DNA from: Chiloscyllium plagiosum
Taxonomy: Eukaryota
Length of the DNA stretch: 50,699 nt
NCBI RefSeq assembly: GCF_004010195.1
Contig: NC_057719.1
Coordinates: 33,102,973-33,153,671 of the forward strand
Direction of reading: 5' to 3'
The notes under the pieces: model-generated
Told to the model about the DNA's origin: nothing
What the model saw: the letters and a program-made list of their open reading frames with translations, nothing else
Databases searched by the model: none
Translations under genes and position numbers: made by a program
Shown here: in pieces, positions 24,231-36,189 of the stretch
Numbering within the stretch: position 1 is the stretch's first letter
How the letters are laid out: each line of letters opens with the position of its first letter

Positions 24231-25384
24231 CTCCAGTTGTTACAATGCATTTGGTAGATGGTACACACAATAAGCTACTAGAGAAGGAAGTGAGTGTTGA
24301 ACGTGGGTGGAGCACTAATGAAGTGGGCTGTTTCATCCTAATTGTTTTGAGCTTCCTGAGTGTTGCTGTAGTGGAGAGCATCCCATCACACTTTTGACTT
24401 GGACCCTGTAGTTGGTGAATAGGCTTTGGAGAGCCTGGAGATAAGTTTCTCATTGCCAAATATCTAGGCTCTGGCCTCCTCTTATAGTTATATTCTATGT
24501 GGGTTGTCTAGTAAAGTTAGCTTTGCAATCAATGAAGTACTTTTTATAGTCAAAGTCATAATGTAGAAAACAGCACCTATTTTGCACACAACTGGATCTC
24601 ATAAACAGCAACATCTGTTTTCCTGAGTTGATGCACAATTGGCTTCACCGCGTTAGTTGGACATAATTTCAAACAATGTTGAGAGATGGATAACTGTTAA
24701 CAAAAAGTTTTTTTTTATTATAACATCACTTTTAACTTGATCTGCTTTTATCTTGACAGCCTGAATGTCAGGACAGCCAACTAAATGTCCCACTTTACCA
24801 CATCTACTTAACTCTATTTTTCTATAAATGAAGTGCACTATAGGGGTCTAACAAACTTTGCATGAGTTAGGCTGGCCAAGACATTTAGGTCAGCGTGCCT
24901 GAGCAGAATATTGAAGCCACGTTGGCATAATACAACATCACTATTAGGAATACTATGTGATAACCTCACGCTGTCACCACAGGAACAGACTCTGCAAGCA
25001 GAGCCAATCAATGAAAGTCGATAAAATAAAATGTATTTTTTGTTGTCCATTTAAAATAAAATATCCACCGGCTTTACATCAATGTCAAAAGCAAAATGGC
25101 CAAAGAGAAAGACAAAATCAACTGTAAAACAGAGCAGCCACAAGACATACCATTAGTCTTTAAGTGATTTGAATAATACATTATGGTTTATTCCAACTGA
25201 ATGAAATCCAGTAGCTAAAAATATGTTTTTAGAAAATCTTGAAGGACACTTCCCTTCAGTAGATTTGACTCACGTTAGAAAGTGTGCAATGAAATCTGCA
25301 GGGGTTTAAGTAGTTTATTATTTTTTTAATTCCATAAATTTTTAAAATTCCTACATTTCCTTTAGTGAGAGAGAGAAGGGGAGG

Positions 25385-25725
25385 TATTGACCTAGGGATA
25401 TTATCACTGGACAGTTAATCCAGAGGCTCAGGTAATGTCCTGGGAATCTGGGTTTGAGTGCTGCCATGGCAGATGGTAGAATTTGAATCCAATAGAAGTC
25501 TGAAATTAAGAGTCTAATGTTGACCATGAATCGATTGTCAGGAAAAACCCATCTGGTTCACTAATGTCTTTTAGGGAAGGAAATTACCATCCTTGCCTGG
25601 TCTGACCTACATGTGACTCCAGACCCACAGCAATGTGGTTGACTCTTAACTGCCCTCTGGGCAATTCAATATGGGCAATAAATGCTGGCCTAACCAGCGA
25701 CACTCTCATATAGTGAATGAACAAA
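25385..25725 (+). mobile_element. tRNA-derived SINE of a second family (central ctggttcactaatgtc..tagggaaggaaa domain, Meta-domain-like)
   Basis: B-box-like gggtttgagt, central domain, tail gggcaataaatgctggcctaaccagcgac shared with LINE ends at 12520-12590 and 37600-37660. Confidence 0.75.
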
Positions 25726-25740
25726 GTTGTACAAGAGCAG

Positions 25741-26839
25741 AGGTAAAAACAATGACTGCAGATGCTGGAAACCAGATTCTGGATCAGTGGTGCTGGAAGA
25801 GCACAGCAATTCAGGCAGCATCCGAGGACAAGCAAAATCGACGTTTCGGGCAAAAGCCCTTCATCAGGAATAAAGGCAGAGAGCCTGAAGCGTGGAGAGA
25901 TAAGCTAGAGGAGGGTGGGGGTCGGGATAGAGTAGCATANNNNNNNNNNNNNNNNNNNNNNNNNNNNNNNNNNNNNNNNNNNNNNNNNNNNNNNNNNNNN
26001 NNNNNNNNNNNNNNNNNNNNNNNNNNNNNNNNNNNNNNNNNNNNNNNNNNNNNNNNNNNNNNNNNNNNNNNNNNNNNNNNNNNNNNNNNNNNNNNNNNNN
26101 NNNNNNNNNNNNNNNNNNNNNNNNNNNNNNNNNNNNNNNNNNNNNNNNNNNNNNNNNNNNNNNNNNNNNNNNNNNNNNNNNNNNNNNNNNNNNNNNNNNN
26201 NNNNNNNNNNNNNNNNNNNNNNNNNNNNNNNNNNNNNNNNNNNNNNNNNNNNNNNNNNNNNNNNNNNNNNNNNNNNNNNNNNNNNNNNNNNNNNNNNNNN
26301 NNNNNNNNNNNNNNNNNNGGACCTGACCAGGTAGTCACGGATGGAACGGTCTTTGCGGAAGGCGGAGAGTGGTGGGGAGGGAAATATATCCCTGGTGGTG
26401 GGGTCTGTTTGGAGGTGGCGGAAATGTCGGCGGATGATTTGGTTTATGCGAAGGTTGGTAGGGTGGAAGGTGAGCACCATGGGCGTTCTGTCCTTGTTGC
26501 GGTTGGAGGGGTTGGGACTGAGGGCGGAGGTGCGGGATGTTGACGAGATGCGTTGGAGGGCATCTTTAACCATGTGGGAAGGGAAATTGCGGTCTCTAGA
26601 GAAGGAGGCCATCTGGTGTGTTCTATGGTGGAACCCCTGGGAGCAGATACGGCGGAGGCGGAGGAATTGGGAATACGGGATGGCATTTTTGCAAGATGTA
26701 GGGTGGGAAGAGGTGTAATCCAGGTAGCTGTGGGAGTCGGTGGGTTTGTAGAAAATGTCAGTGTCAAGTCGGTCGTCACTGATGGAGATGGAGAGGTCCA
26801 GGAAGGGGAGGGAGATGTCAGAGATGGTCCAGGTAAATT
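25741..26839 (-). mobile_element. PLE 3' portion: RT thumb/linker coding region, N gap (25940-26318) and terminal repeat with hammerhead
   Basis: Minus ORF FTWTISDISLPFLDLSISI...FYKPTDSHSYLDYTSSHP..CKNAIPYSQFLRLRRICS, typical of Neptune-like PLE RT C-termini. Confidence 0.92.
25840..25867 (-). ncRNA. Minimal hammerhead ribozyme core, intact, in the terminal repeat of an ORF-bearing PLE
   Basis: Minus strand attc-CTGATGA-a-GGGC-tttt-GCCC-GAAACGTC-gatt. Confidence 0.8.
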
Positions 26840-26879
26840 TGGCAACACTAGACAAAACTACCCAGACCTACCTTTGCAA

Positions 26880-27320
26880 CAGCCTTGGTTCCAAAGAGCT
26901 TTCTCATCAGTGAGTCAAGAGGATGTGAACTGAATCAGATTCCGTAAATGAGCACAGGATCTGGGCTTATCATTCGACACAGCAGTAAAGGTGGACTGTG
27001 TTATCAGAAATGTTAAACTGGGGCACAAAACTGGCCTCTCAGGTAGATAAAAAAATGGATTCTAACAGCTCTATTCTAAGAAGACCTAAAGAGTTCTCCT
27101 AAAATGTCCTGGCCAACATTTATTCCCCAATCAAGTTGATCACTGCAGGTTATTGGTGGTTGACCTCCATGCCGTTTGTGGGTCAATGCTATAAAAGCTG
27201 GCTGCTGAATTTGCCTACATTTCAATACTGATGACATCTCAAAAGTGTTAAATTAGCTGGAAAGTGTTAGTTGGGAAATCATGACTCTGTGAAAAGCATT
27301 AAATAATTACATGTTCTTTC
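26880..27320 (+). mobile_element. Deu-domain SINE (SacSINE1/AmnSINE-like), degenerate
   Basis: ctctcaggtagat...gagttctcct..tgtcctggccaacatttattccccaatcaa...tggctgctgaatttgcctacatt resembles the Deu core and tail, recognised from memory. Confidence 0.6.
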
Positions 27321-27529
27321 TTGGTCTGACGTTTTTAACAGTCACCCATATATATGAGGTGTTCTGCACTGAAAGTATGTTTCTAGCTGAATGCAGCAAG
27401 CTGTAACAATCATATTATTTACCATCAACTGGGAACCATTTTCTTCATTTTTTTAACTTTTGCTATCACTTTTTCTTTCTTTCCTTTGCCTACAACAGAA
27501 GCCACATAATAAATGCATTTTTAAAAAAT

Positions 27530-27830
27530 TAATTCTTTTTGGCAGTGAGAGCAACACTGGCAAAGCCAGCAATTGTTACCCACCCCAAACCACCTTTAAC
27601 TGAATGGTTTGTTAGACCCATTGCAGAGTGCAGTTAAGAGTCAGCATCATCAATGTAGTTCTGGAATCATATATAAAGCAGACTGGAATAAGGACAGCAG
27701 ATCCACTTCCCTAAAGTACAGTAGTAAATATTTACAACAAGTGATGACTGATCACCATCACTTATAATTCCAGATTTATTAACTAAATTCAAATTTTATC
27801 ATTTGTCACGTTGGGATTTGAAACCATGGG
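27530..27830 (-). mobile_element. SINE of the 25385 family, diverged
   Basis: gcagttaagagtca...ctggaatcatat...cttccctaaag is the revcomp of the 25385 copy core. Confidence 0.65.
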
Positions 27831-28724
27831 TGAAATCTTCCCATCTCCTGAAAACTATGGGCTGCAATGAGGAAGTTGGGAAAATCACTAGCGGTCGATG
27901 AGAAGCTTTCATGATGTCATGAGCAAAATGTTCAAATTTCCAACCAAGATTTGAACAGTGAGATGAGATTCTTACTACTGAGCTATTTGGATGCAATTGC
28001 AGGTATTCACATATCCTTATAATTTAATGTTACCTCATTAATATGCAGTTTCCCATTTTCCTCCTGTAGGATAGGAACTGGACGCTGACAATTCCTGATG
28101 TGAAAGTCAGAATAGGTCCCTGGTAACTCTAACATGCCACATCCTTCAGCTTGGACAGCAAAATCTCAGGGCATGCTCCAAGGACAGCAACCACATGCTG
28201 ACAGCAACCTCCATCCATGGATGATGTCATCTGACATGTACCGGCCTCACTGCATCATGGCAACTCTGATCCACTTACAGTATAGATATGCCCTTTAATA
28301 CTGCACTTGAAAGCACACTGTCACATTTCATTGGAATGCTGCTACCAGAAGAACAGTTTGCAATGAGGGATAGACACTCAAATCATGGATTGCATCATGC
28401 TGCATCTCAAAGCTGCTCACTCACTCTCTCTGCACTTGGTGTTTACTTCAATACTCACAGCAACTTTGCCATGACTTTTGACATTTTGCCCCTTTATCTG
28501 GAAGTTAAAGCTATATGACCCTTCAGTCTTGCCTTTCTGATCTGTGCAGATAAAAAGTCAGGCTACCAGCCCCCAAGAGGACATATTGTGATACAACACC
28601 ATGCTATGTTAATCTCTCACCTACAGCATGTGATAGTAGCTTAAGCAACAAATACATTGCAGGTGCATCAACTAAATGGTCACGTCTCAAAGTCTAAGAG
28701 GAGTAATCCTCAACCAATTGTACT

Positions 28725-29056
28725 TTTATTCATTCATGGGATGTGGGCATCACTAGTCAGACCAACATTCATTACCCATACCTAATTGTTCGGGGTAGTT
28801 AGAAATGCTATGAGGCTGGAGGGTCACATGTAAACTAGACAGAGTTAATTTCTTTCCTTAAAGGATATTAATGAACCAGATGAGTTTTAATGACAATTGA
28901 CAGTGATTACATGGACACCTTTAGGCTTGCCTTTTGCTCCAGAGTCTTATTGAATTCACCGTCTGCCATGATAGGATTGAAACTCATGCCCCAGAACATT
29001 AACTTGTGTTTCTGGATTACGAATCTAGCAACAATAACACCAGCCACCGCCACCCC
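28725..29056 (-). mobile_element. SINE of the 25385 family
   Basis: ttcattcatgggatgtgggcatcact (revcomp tail) and ccttaaaggatattaatgaaccagatg (revcomp central domain). Confidence 0.75.
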
Positions 29057-29371
29057 TTATTCAAACAGGGCTTCCATCATTCACGGGGTCTTGATACAAT
29101 AAGTCATGGGCATTATCCAACTTTAGTCAGGGGCTTGGAGATGATCAGTTGACCACTTCAGGTAAACATGATCAGGCAGTGAATATCACTTTGGTCCAGA
29201 GATTTGGCTTCAGTCAGCCTTCAGGATCCATTGCAATCAATCAGAAGATTTTTAATAGGTCAGTGAGGGTGCAACACCAAGATCAGTTGGAGTCTGGTCA
29301 GTTATCAAAGTCTTGTAACAAGTCATGTTGAACAATATCGACAATCTGGAAATTGTTGAACACTGGAAATT

Positions 29372-29773
29372 GGTTTGCTCGCTGAGCTGGACAGTTCATT
29401 TCCAGATGTTTTGTTACCCTACTAGGTAACATCTTCAGTGTGCCTCAGGCAAAGCAATGCTGAAAATTCCTGCTTTCTATTTATATGTTTGGGTTTCTTT
29501 GGGTTGGTGATGTTATTTCCTGTGGTGAAGTCACTTCCTGTTCCTTTTCTCAGGGGGTGGTAGATGGGGTCTAACTTGATTTGTGACATCACCAACCCAA
29601 AGAAACCCAAACATAGAAATAGAAAGCAGGAATTTTCAGCATTGCTTCACTTGAGGCCCACTGAAGACATTACCTAGTAGATCAACAAAATGTCTAGAAA
29701 TGAAGCTTCCTGCTCAGCGAGCAAACCTACATCCAAAACCTCAACCTGAGCTACAAATCTTCTCAAAACTCAC
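29372..29773. mobile_element. Fold-back PLE terminal repeats (third family) with decayed hammerhead cores
   Basis: About 142-bp inverted arms 29372-29513 and 29586-29727. Minus strand 29405-29438 reads CTGAAGA-t-GTTACC-tagtag-GGTAAC-aAAAC-aTC, i.e. two CpG-type G>A changes from GAAACGTC. Confidence 0.75.
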
Positions 29774-29789
29774 ATGAAAGAGTACCAAT

Positions 29790-30330
29790 AACTTGGGGAG
29801 GGCTGTATAGTGGGATGAGGCTCAGGACAAATACGTTGTGGTGGCTTGAATCCTAAACAGCAATAGATGTGAAACTGCATTTTTATATAATGAAGTGTCA
29901 GCCCTGCCTCCTATGTGTACTAAGAAGCATTGGTTTGTGGCTGTTCTTTCACTGAAAAGCAGCTCTGGACTGCCAACACTTGGCTGGATTCATGGCTGGG
30001 CTTCAAATATATTTCTGCTTCCAAGTCTTATAGTTTTATGGTCTGCTCCTACAGCCATAGTATTTTTATGTCTGGCCCAATTCCTTTTTTCATCAATGAT
30101 AGCATCCCTTGATGTTGACAGTGAAAGATTGAGAGATAGCAATGCTATTGAATGCCAAGGGGGAAGGTTGAATTTATTCTGTTGGAGCTTGTCAATGCTT
30201 CACAAATGTTGTGTGAATGCTACTTGTTACTTAACTGCCTAAGCTTGGATATTGTCCAAATCTTGCATGTAGACATGGACTGCTTCAATGTCTTAGGAGT
30301 TGATAATAGTGCTGAACATTGTGCAATCAG
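29790..30330 (-). mobile_element. Degenerate LINE (CR1/L2 clade) RT-region fragment
   Basis: atagtgctgaacattgtgcaatcag is the revcomp of ADCTMFST-like coding, followed by QDLDNIQA-like coding (ttggatattgtccaaatcttg). Confidence 0.6.
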
Positions 30331-32559
30331 GCCTAGGACATCTTGTACATGACAGTCCCATTAAATAGAGCTGTGCTGTTGATCTAGATAGATAGAGTGA
30401 AGTTTGTTATGATTAAGAATTCAAGTACATACAGAGCATGGATCAGCAATATTCAACTGTTTTATGGCTCTGAATCAGTCTTATAGTTAGTCCCATAGAT
30501 TGAAGAAGTGAAGGCAGATATTTTACTTTTGTAAAAACAAGAATCAGTCAAGCAACAGATCGGATTTTCTGTCTTTATACATTTAAGTCATTCACCAGCT
30601 ATAAATCTCATGCATTAAAGTATTTTGAAAGGGCTTGGCTTCTGAGAGTTTGGATCTTACAATCAAGTATATGAATTTTTGGATGGTAATTGGTAGTGCC
30701 TTCTCTAGAGGTTCTCAGAGCATGACAAAATATTATGGGGGAGGGATCTATTCAGCTCATTCTAATTTATTTATCCCGAAAGCTCTTAATTATGAAATCC
30801 AATTTGTTTTTCAAATTATTTCAAGGATTTAGCCTTAGTTGTCTATGGAGAAAGCTGTTCCACCTTCAGTCATTGTATGAAGAAGAATTTCTTGATATTC
30901 ATCACAAAATTACTAGTTTAAAATTGCACTGGCTGGTCCTTCTTCTTTAAAGTTAATTTAAAGACATATTCCATGTTTACTTTCTCCATGCACTAAACAA
31001 TTTGTAAAATGTATAAGGTCAACTTTCAAACATTTTGTACTGGGTTTGAAAGGTAAAGGGAGAAGTATTGACTTTGGCTGCTTCGTATAAACAAAGCCAT
31101 CATTCCAATTAAAATAGAAAGAAATTTATAATGAGAAGATAAAGAAAGAGTTGGTAGGAGAAAGGGTGGAATAAAGTAGAGAAGGGAATAGAAGATTAAA
31201 TCAGAGTTTGGGATTACCCTCAAGATTTATTTGGACATTATCAACACCACTTCCAGCTTTGTTTGACAAGAATTAGTTTAAAGAGTTCAAACTTCCAAAA
31301 TTATAATGTGGGAATAATCATCAAATGAATTCATAAAAGCTGGGACGATGGCAATGTTAGGACTGTGTCTTTTTGTTTTGTTTTAATACTGTGGACTGAA
31401 ATGAGAAAGCTGTTTTAAAGCCAGCATTTAAAAGGGTGGCTATATGTTTTGAAAGGAAGTAACCTGACGCGGGGTCCATTATAGTGTTGATTCAGAATAA
31501 GTACTTTTCACATTAGCTGCAGGTATGCTTAAATGTAATTTTATGCTCACATTTCTTACAGCAAGGAAAGATATACCCAGAAGCATGCCACAACATTCTA
31601 ACACTCCATAATATCTATGGACAAATTGGTGACAAATTGCAAAGTAAAAAAATAAAATATTTTGTCAGATAATTCTATAGTATGTAGTATTTAAGGCTTT
31701 AAGTTGACCAAACACCTCATGCTGAGAGTACAATCTGCCCTCAGTTCCACAATACAATAATATTATCAAATATCAATAGCCTTTGAGTGGAAAACAACAT
31801 TTTCAGAGAAGTTGTAGTCTCCACAAAGTAAAATCTATCCTTGAGAAATAGAAGTGAATATTCTGCAATATTGTCAGCTTTTTAATTAAAGCAAGTGGAA
31901 ATCCATGGAGAATTAATTAGAAAGTATGCCAAATCTCATTCTACTGCTTACATAATTTGAATTTCATCTTTTGACCTCTCGTTCTCTGCTGACACACAAA
32001 GATGAGAATGAATTTTGCATTGTGGAAAGAGGCTAAAGAGAATGCAAAACCTATATTGTGTTTTCCTCATGTCATCAGCAGGGGTCAACAACTGAGCACA
32101 CTCCAGTAATATTGGAGAAAATTGAAACATGTATTTAGGATTTAGATAGTTAACACCAGAAATGGTCTTCTGAGAAGAGTGCAAAAATTAAAGAGTTGAA
32201 TAGCCTGATGGTGTGTTTCACAGTATCCACAGAATGACACTTTTGGCAAAATGACTCAATGATTTGTATTTTCGTTTTTTTTAAAAGATACATGACTTTG
32301 AATCTATTATAAACATTTGCCTTTACAAAGCATTGTACCCCATTTTTTGTGTCATCCTATCAATACCCATTGGAACAAATGGATAAATAATGGATAAATG
32401 AATTTTACCAGTCTCAGCCTATAACTTGGAACACATTTGTCTCAGATACATTCAAGTCATTCAGATGCCCATACTGTTCTCAGTGCACTATAGTATACTA
32501 CAGTCACCTATTTCTCCAAATATTTCCTTCTCTCAATGTGAGGGAAATTACATGAGAGC

Positions 32560-32652
32560 TGAAAATGTGTTGCTGGAAAAGCACAGCAGGTCAGGCAGCA
32601 TCCAAGGAGCAGGAGAATCGACGTTTCGGGCATGAGCCCTTCTTCAGGAATC
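32560..32652 (-). mobile_element. Solo PLE terminal-repeat insert (93 bp) with a 14-bp TSD
   Basis: TSD aattacatgagagc at 32546-32559 and 32653-32666. Confidence 0.92.
32620..32647 (-). ncRNA. Minimal hammerhead ribozyme core, intact
   Basis: Minus strand gattc-CTGAAGA-a-GGGC-tcat-GCCC-GAAACGTC-gatt. Confidence 0.78.
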
Positions 32653-33129
32653 AATTACATGAGAGCCAGTTTCTCATAGCAGAACCAATCAAAATAGTTG
32701 CTGTGAAATGAATTGCTTTTACATTGGCATGATTTTGAGTTGGGCACTCAGTTCCTTGTAATAATATTGCTATGTCAACCTGATATTTTCAAAGTAATTA
32801 AAGGTTTGAAGGTACACCATGAAGAATGGCTTCTACCAGTTAGCAAATTAATGAAAAGAGGGCATTGATTACCACTCTAAAGACAAAGAGAGAATTAGAA
32901 GAATCTATTCATGGAGAGACATGACAAAATGAAACTTTTTTTGTACAGATGTCTATTTAGGCTGAGAGCGTAAAATAAGCTGTTGGTGAAAAGGAAATTG
33001 CATATGTATTTGGAAGGGAGAAAAGAAGAAAAAGAAGGTAATACAATATAAGGAAAAATCACAGAAATAAGATTAAAACAGCAAAATCTAATTTCAAGAA
33101 CAATCACAATCACTTGGATCAATGTAAGA

Positions 33130-33925
33130 AATTCTGGAAAATGTCAGCAGGTATGACAGCATCCATGGAGATAAAACAGAGTTAACGTTTTGGGTCCAGT
33201 GACCCTTCTTCAGGAAAAAGGTGTTTTTTATGTAGAAGATAGAGTGGGGGATGGGGGTGGGGGGTGAGGTGGAAATGATTGGTAGAGATACAACCCAAAG
33301 AGAGAGGAGGACAGTTGGACAGACAAAGGAGTGGATAATGATCAGCCTTGGAGAATGAATAGCTACTAACAGGGACTATTTATGGCTAACATTAGGTTGT
33401 GTGTTTTAGCAGACCACATTATAACAAGGCCTGGTATATGGGGGTTGGGGAAAGGACATGAGGGAAGGTGCCTCAAGATCTAAAATTGTTGAACTCAATA
33501 TTGGGTCCTAAAGGCTGTAGAGTTCCCAAGTGGTAAATGAGATGCTGTTCTTCCAGCTTGTTCTTCCTTGAAAACTGCTGCAAGACAGATGGAGATGTTG
33601 GCCAGGGAACACAGTAGTGTTTGAAGTGGCAGGAAATTGGATGCTCAGGATCTTTTTATGCGGGCAGAACGTAGGTGGTGCAAAGTGGTAACCCAGTCTA
33701 TGCTTCATTTCCCCAATGTAGAGGAGACCACGGTGCAGTAGACTAGAATGAGTGAAGTGCAGGTAGAATGCTGCTTCACCTGGAAGGTGCATTTGGGCCC
33801 TTGGATACTGAGGGGGGAAGAAGTAAACAGGGCAGGTAATACACCTCCTGCAGTTGCAAGGTATGGTGCCATTGGGCTGCAGGAGGGAGTGTGTTGGGAG
33901 TGAGGGAGGAGTAGACGGATAGTCT
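33130..33925 (-). mobile_element. Older PLE 3' part: Cys-rich linker, GIY-YIG endonuclease remnant and terminal repeat
   Basis: Minus ORF GTIPCNCRRCITCP...GLLYIGEMKHRLGYHFA. Terminal core at 33184-33213 reads CTGAAGA-a-GGGTC-actg-GACCC-aAAACGTT (G>A in GAAA). Confidence 0.85.
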
Positions 33926-35344
33926 AGCGAAAGAACGGTCCAAACATTGAAAGCAGGCTTAAAGAAGCAGTCTACTGTATCAATTGAGACCAAACTGTCC
34001 TAGTTCCTGTTCAATTGTAGGACCATTACACAGGCGACAACAGGAATAGCTCCAGCAGAGTTGCAGATGGGGGGAAGGCACCTCACCACATTAAACATGA
34101 TATTCCAGACCTGGAGAGGTGGGTGAAATGGCAGCAGGAACGCTAATGCCAGTCACATACTGCCTCTAAGCAAGAGGGACAATTTAATTCAGGGGATGCA
34201 GTTTGTGCCAGGACAATGGAAATGGCCTAGTGTGTGTACGAAGCAAGGTGAATGCGAGGTCAGGTCCCATGCCTTACAAAGTTTGGGTAGAGGATGCAGT
34301 CCGGAACAAACACATTGATCACCTGAAAGCTATTACCTCACAAACAGGGTAGGAGCAAAACATACCTGGCCTCTCAGAACAGCCAGGAACCCTGCCTGAA
34401 ACCACAGCCGTACCCCCCTCCATCTGGTGTTGGGGAAATCTCAGAGCCCGAGATGAATCCAGCTTCGATACCATTATCACTGGAAGAAGAGGAGAAAACC
34501 CCTGAGATGCTCTGGACGCACACGTCCCCGGAAATTGTTGGGGGTGGGGGGGGGGGTGGGGGGAACTGTTGCGTTTGGAGCCAGGATGAGAGTGTGATGC
34601 TGGAAAAGCACAGCAGGTCAGGCAGCATCCCTAAAGAGCAGGAGAATCAACATTTTGGACATAAGCCCTTCATCAGGAATGACTGATGAAGGGCTTATGC
34701 CTGAAAATTTGATTCTCCTGCTCCTTGGATGCTGTCTGACCTGCCGTGCTTTTCCAGCATCACATTCTCGATTCTGATCTCCAGCATCTGCAGTCCTCAC
34801 TTTCTCCTTTGGAACCAGGTTGACATTGTTGAGTACAAGGTCAGTGAATGGAGTTGTCAACCTGGGCCAATCAGGCCCTAGCTGACCAACATAACCAGGA
34901 GATAGGTTTTCAGGGTGAAGTGGGCACTGCAGGGTGTGGAGTGTTTTATTTTCCCCTCTGATTCTATTTTGATTTAATCTCTGCCCTCCTCTTCACCTTT
35001 TTAGGTTACTCAGGCAGTGCCCTGTGTTGAGAAGGGTACTACTGGTCACTCAGGTGTTTCTTTTCTTCCTGGTGGTGGAATATGAATAATGATTTCTGCA
35101 CTCGACGTTTCTTCACTATTTCCTACACCTGCACACACTCAACATGGGTCCAGGGGAGAAATAAGCACTACTGCTGTTTGGCGCTGGTGTGAGAATTTAC
35201 AAAAAGAAAAAAATATGCAGATGAGAATCTCCTCAGCTCAGGCAACTGACTCTGAGATGTGAGCTGCTCACAGCCAGTGTACTGTGCACAAGTAAACAAA
35301 GGGTGACTGGGTGATAGGACACCAGCCTCTGTGCTGTCATTTCA
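33925..35344 (+). mobile_element. Gypsy-type LTR retrotransposon 3' remnant: integrase C-terminus, polypurine tract and interrupted LTR
   Basis: Plus translation RTVQTLKAGLKKQ..IETKLS*FLFNCRTITQATTGIAPAELQMG. G-rich tract at about 34540-34565 directly followed by TG (34567). Putative LTR ends ...atttCA at 35344. Confidence 0.7.
34586..34807. mobile_element. Head-to-head PLE terminal-repeat pair inserted in the LTR; two decayed hammerhead cores
   Basis: ...gcccttcatcag-gaatga-CTGATGAagggcttatgcctgaaa... Flanked by tttggagccagg (34574-85) and tttggaaccagg (34808-19). Confidence 0.85.
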
Positions 35345-35629
35345 ATGCCCTGTCTCATCAATCATATTTTGTTACTATTTGCTGAATCTAGAATTTGAAG
35401 GCAAATGTTACACAGATTTTTCATTGTTGCTACTTTCAAGTCAGTCAGATTCAATAATCACATTAACCTTATCTTTCTAGCTTTGTATTACATGCTTGTG
35501 TCTTCCTTCTAATGCAGTCACTGATATGAGTTGGCAAGTGACAACAAATCGTTCAAATTCAAATTCAAACATCTCCCGACGCATCTACCATTGGAAATTA
35601 TCCATTTGTCTTCTCTATGATGATGTTTC

Positions 35630-36020
35630 AAGTCTCAGTTTGACTCAGGCAGTAGCACATTCATGCCACAATTTGAACATTTGGGTTCAACTAGCTCCAC
35701 ATAGATATGTGTAAATGTAATTTCACCAGATATTTCAATGCTGAAACATGTATTGAATCATTGTTAAAAGGGCTATATTTCATATAAAACATCAAACTGA
35801 TGGCCTATTTGCTGGTGCAGATGGGCTTACATCAGTCAGCTTTTTGCAAAATGGAGATAGGAATTCTAACATTGTCCTAGCTAACTTTCAGACCTCAGCC
35901 AAGAAACTGCATTTTTATTTCATTATATTTGAGCCTTTGATGTGTACAAATTAATTGCCACATTCACCTACAAAATAACAGTGATCGCACTTCAAATATA
36001 TCTAATTGGTTCTGAAGCAC
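35630..36020 (+). mobile_element. Deu-domain SINE, highly degenerate
   Basis: Tail cctacaaaataacagtgatcgcacttcaaa..taattggttctgaagcac. Colinear with 26880-27320. Confidence 0.5.
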
Positions 36021-36189
36021 TAATTCCGAAACTGTCAAGTGTGCAGTTTGATTTTAAGTTGTAAAGTTAAACTGCTCTAGTTAGAAATGTTTGAAATTGT
36101 AAGAGTTTGAGACAACTGAACAGTTTTGTGCAACAAAACATCATTCCCAATTCTGACTTTGCTTGTACAGTCCCCAAAACTGTAACTAT

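Noticed and set aside
31952..31988. Minus-strand micro-exon candidate (NAGNAG acceptor, GTAAGC donor)
   Set aside because: Only 34-37 nt, and such signals are expected by chance. No recognisable peptide.
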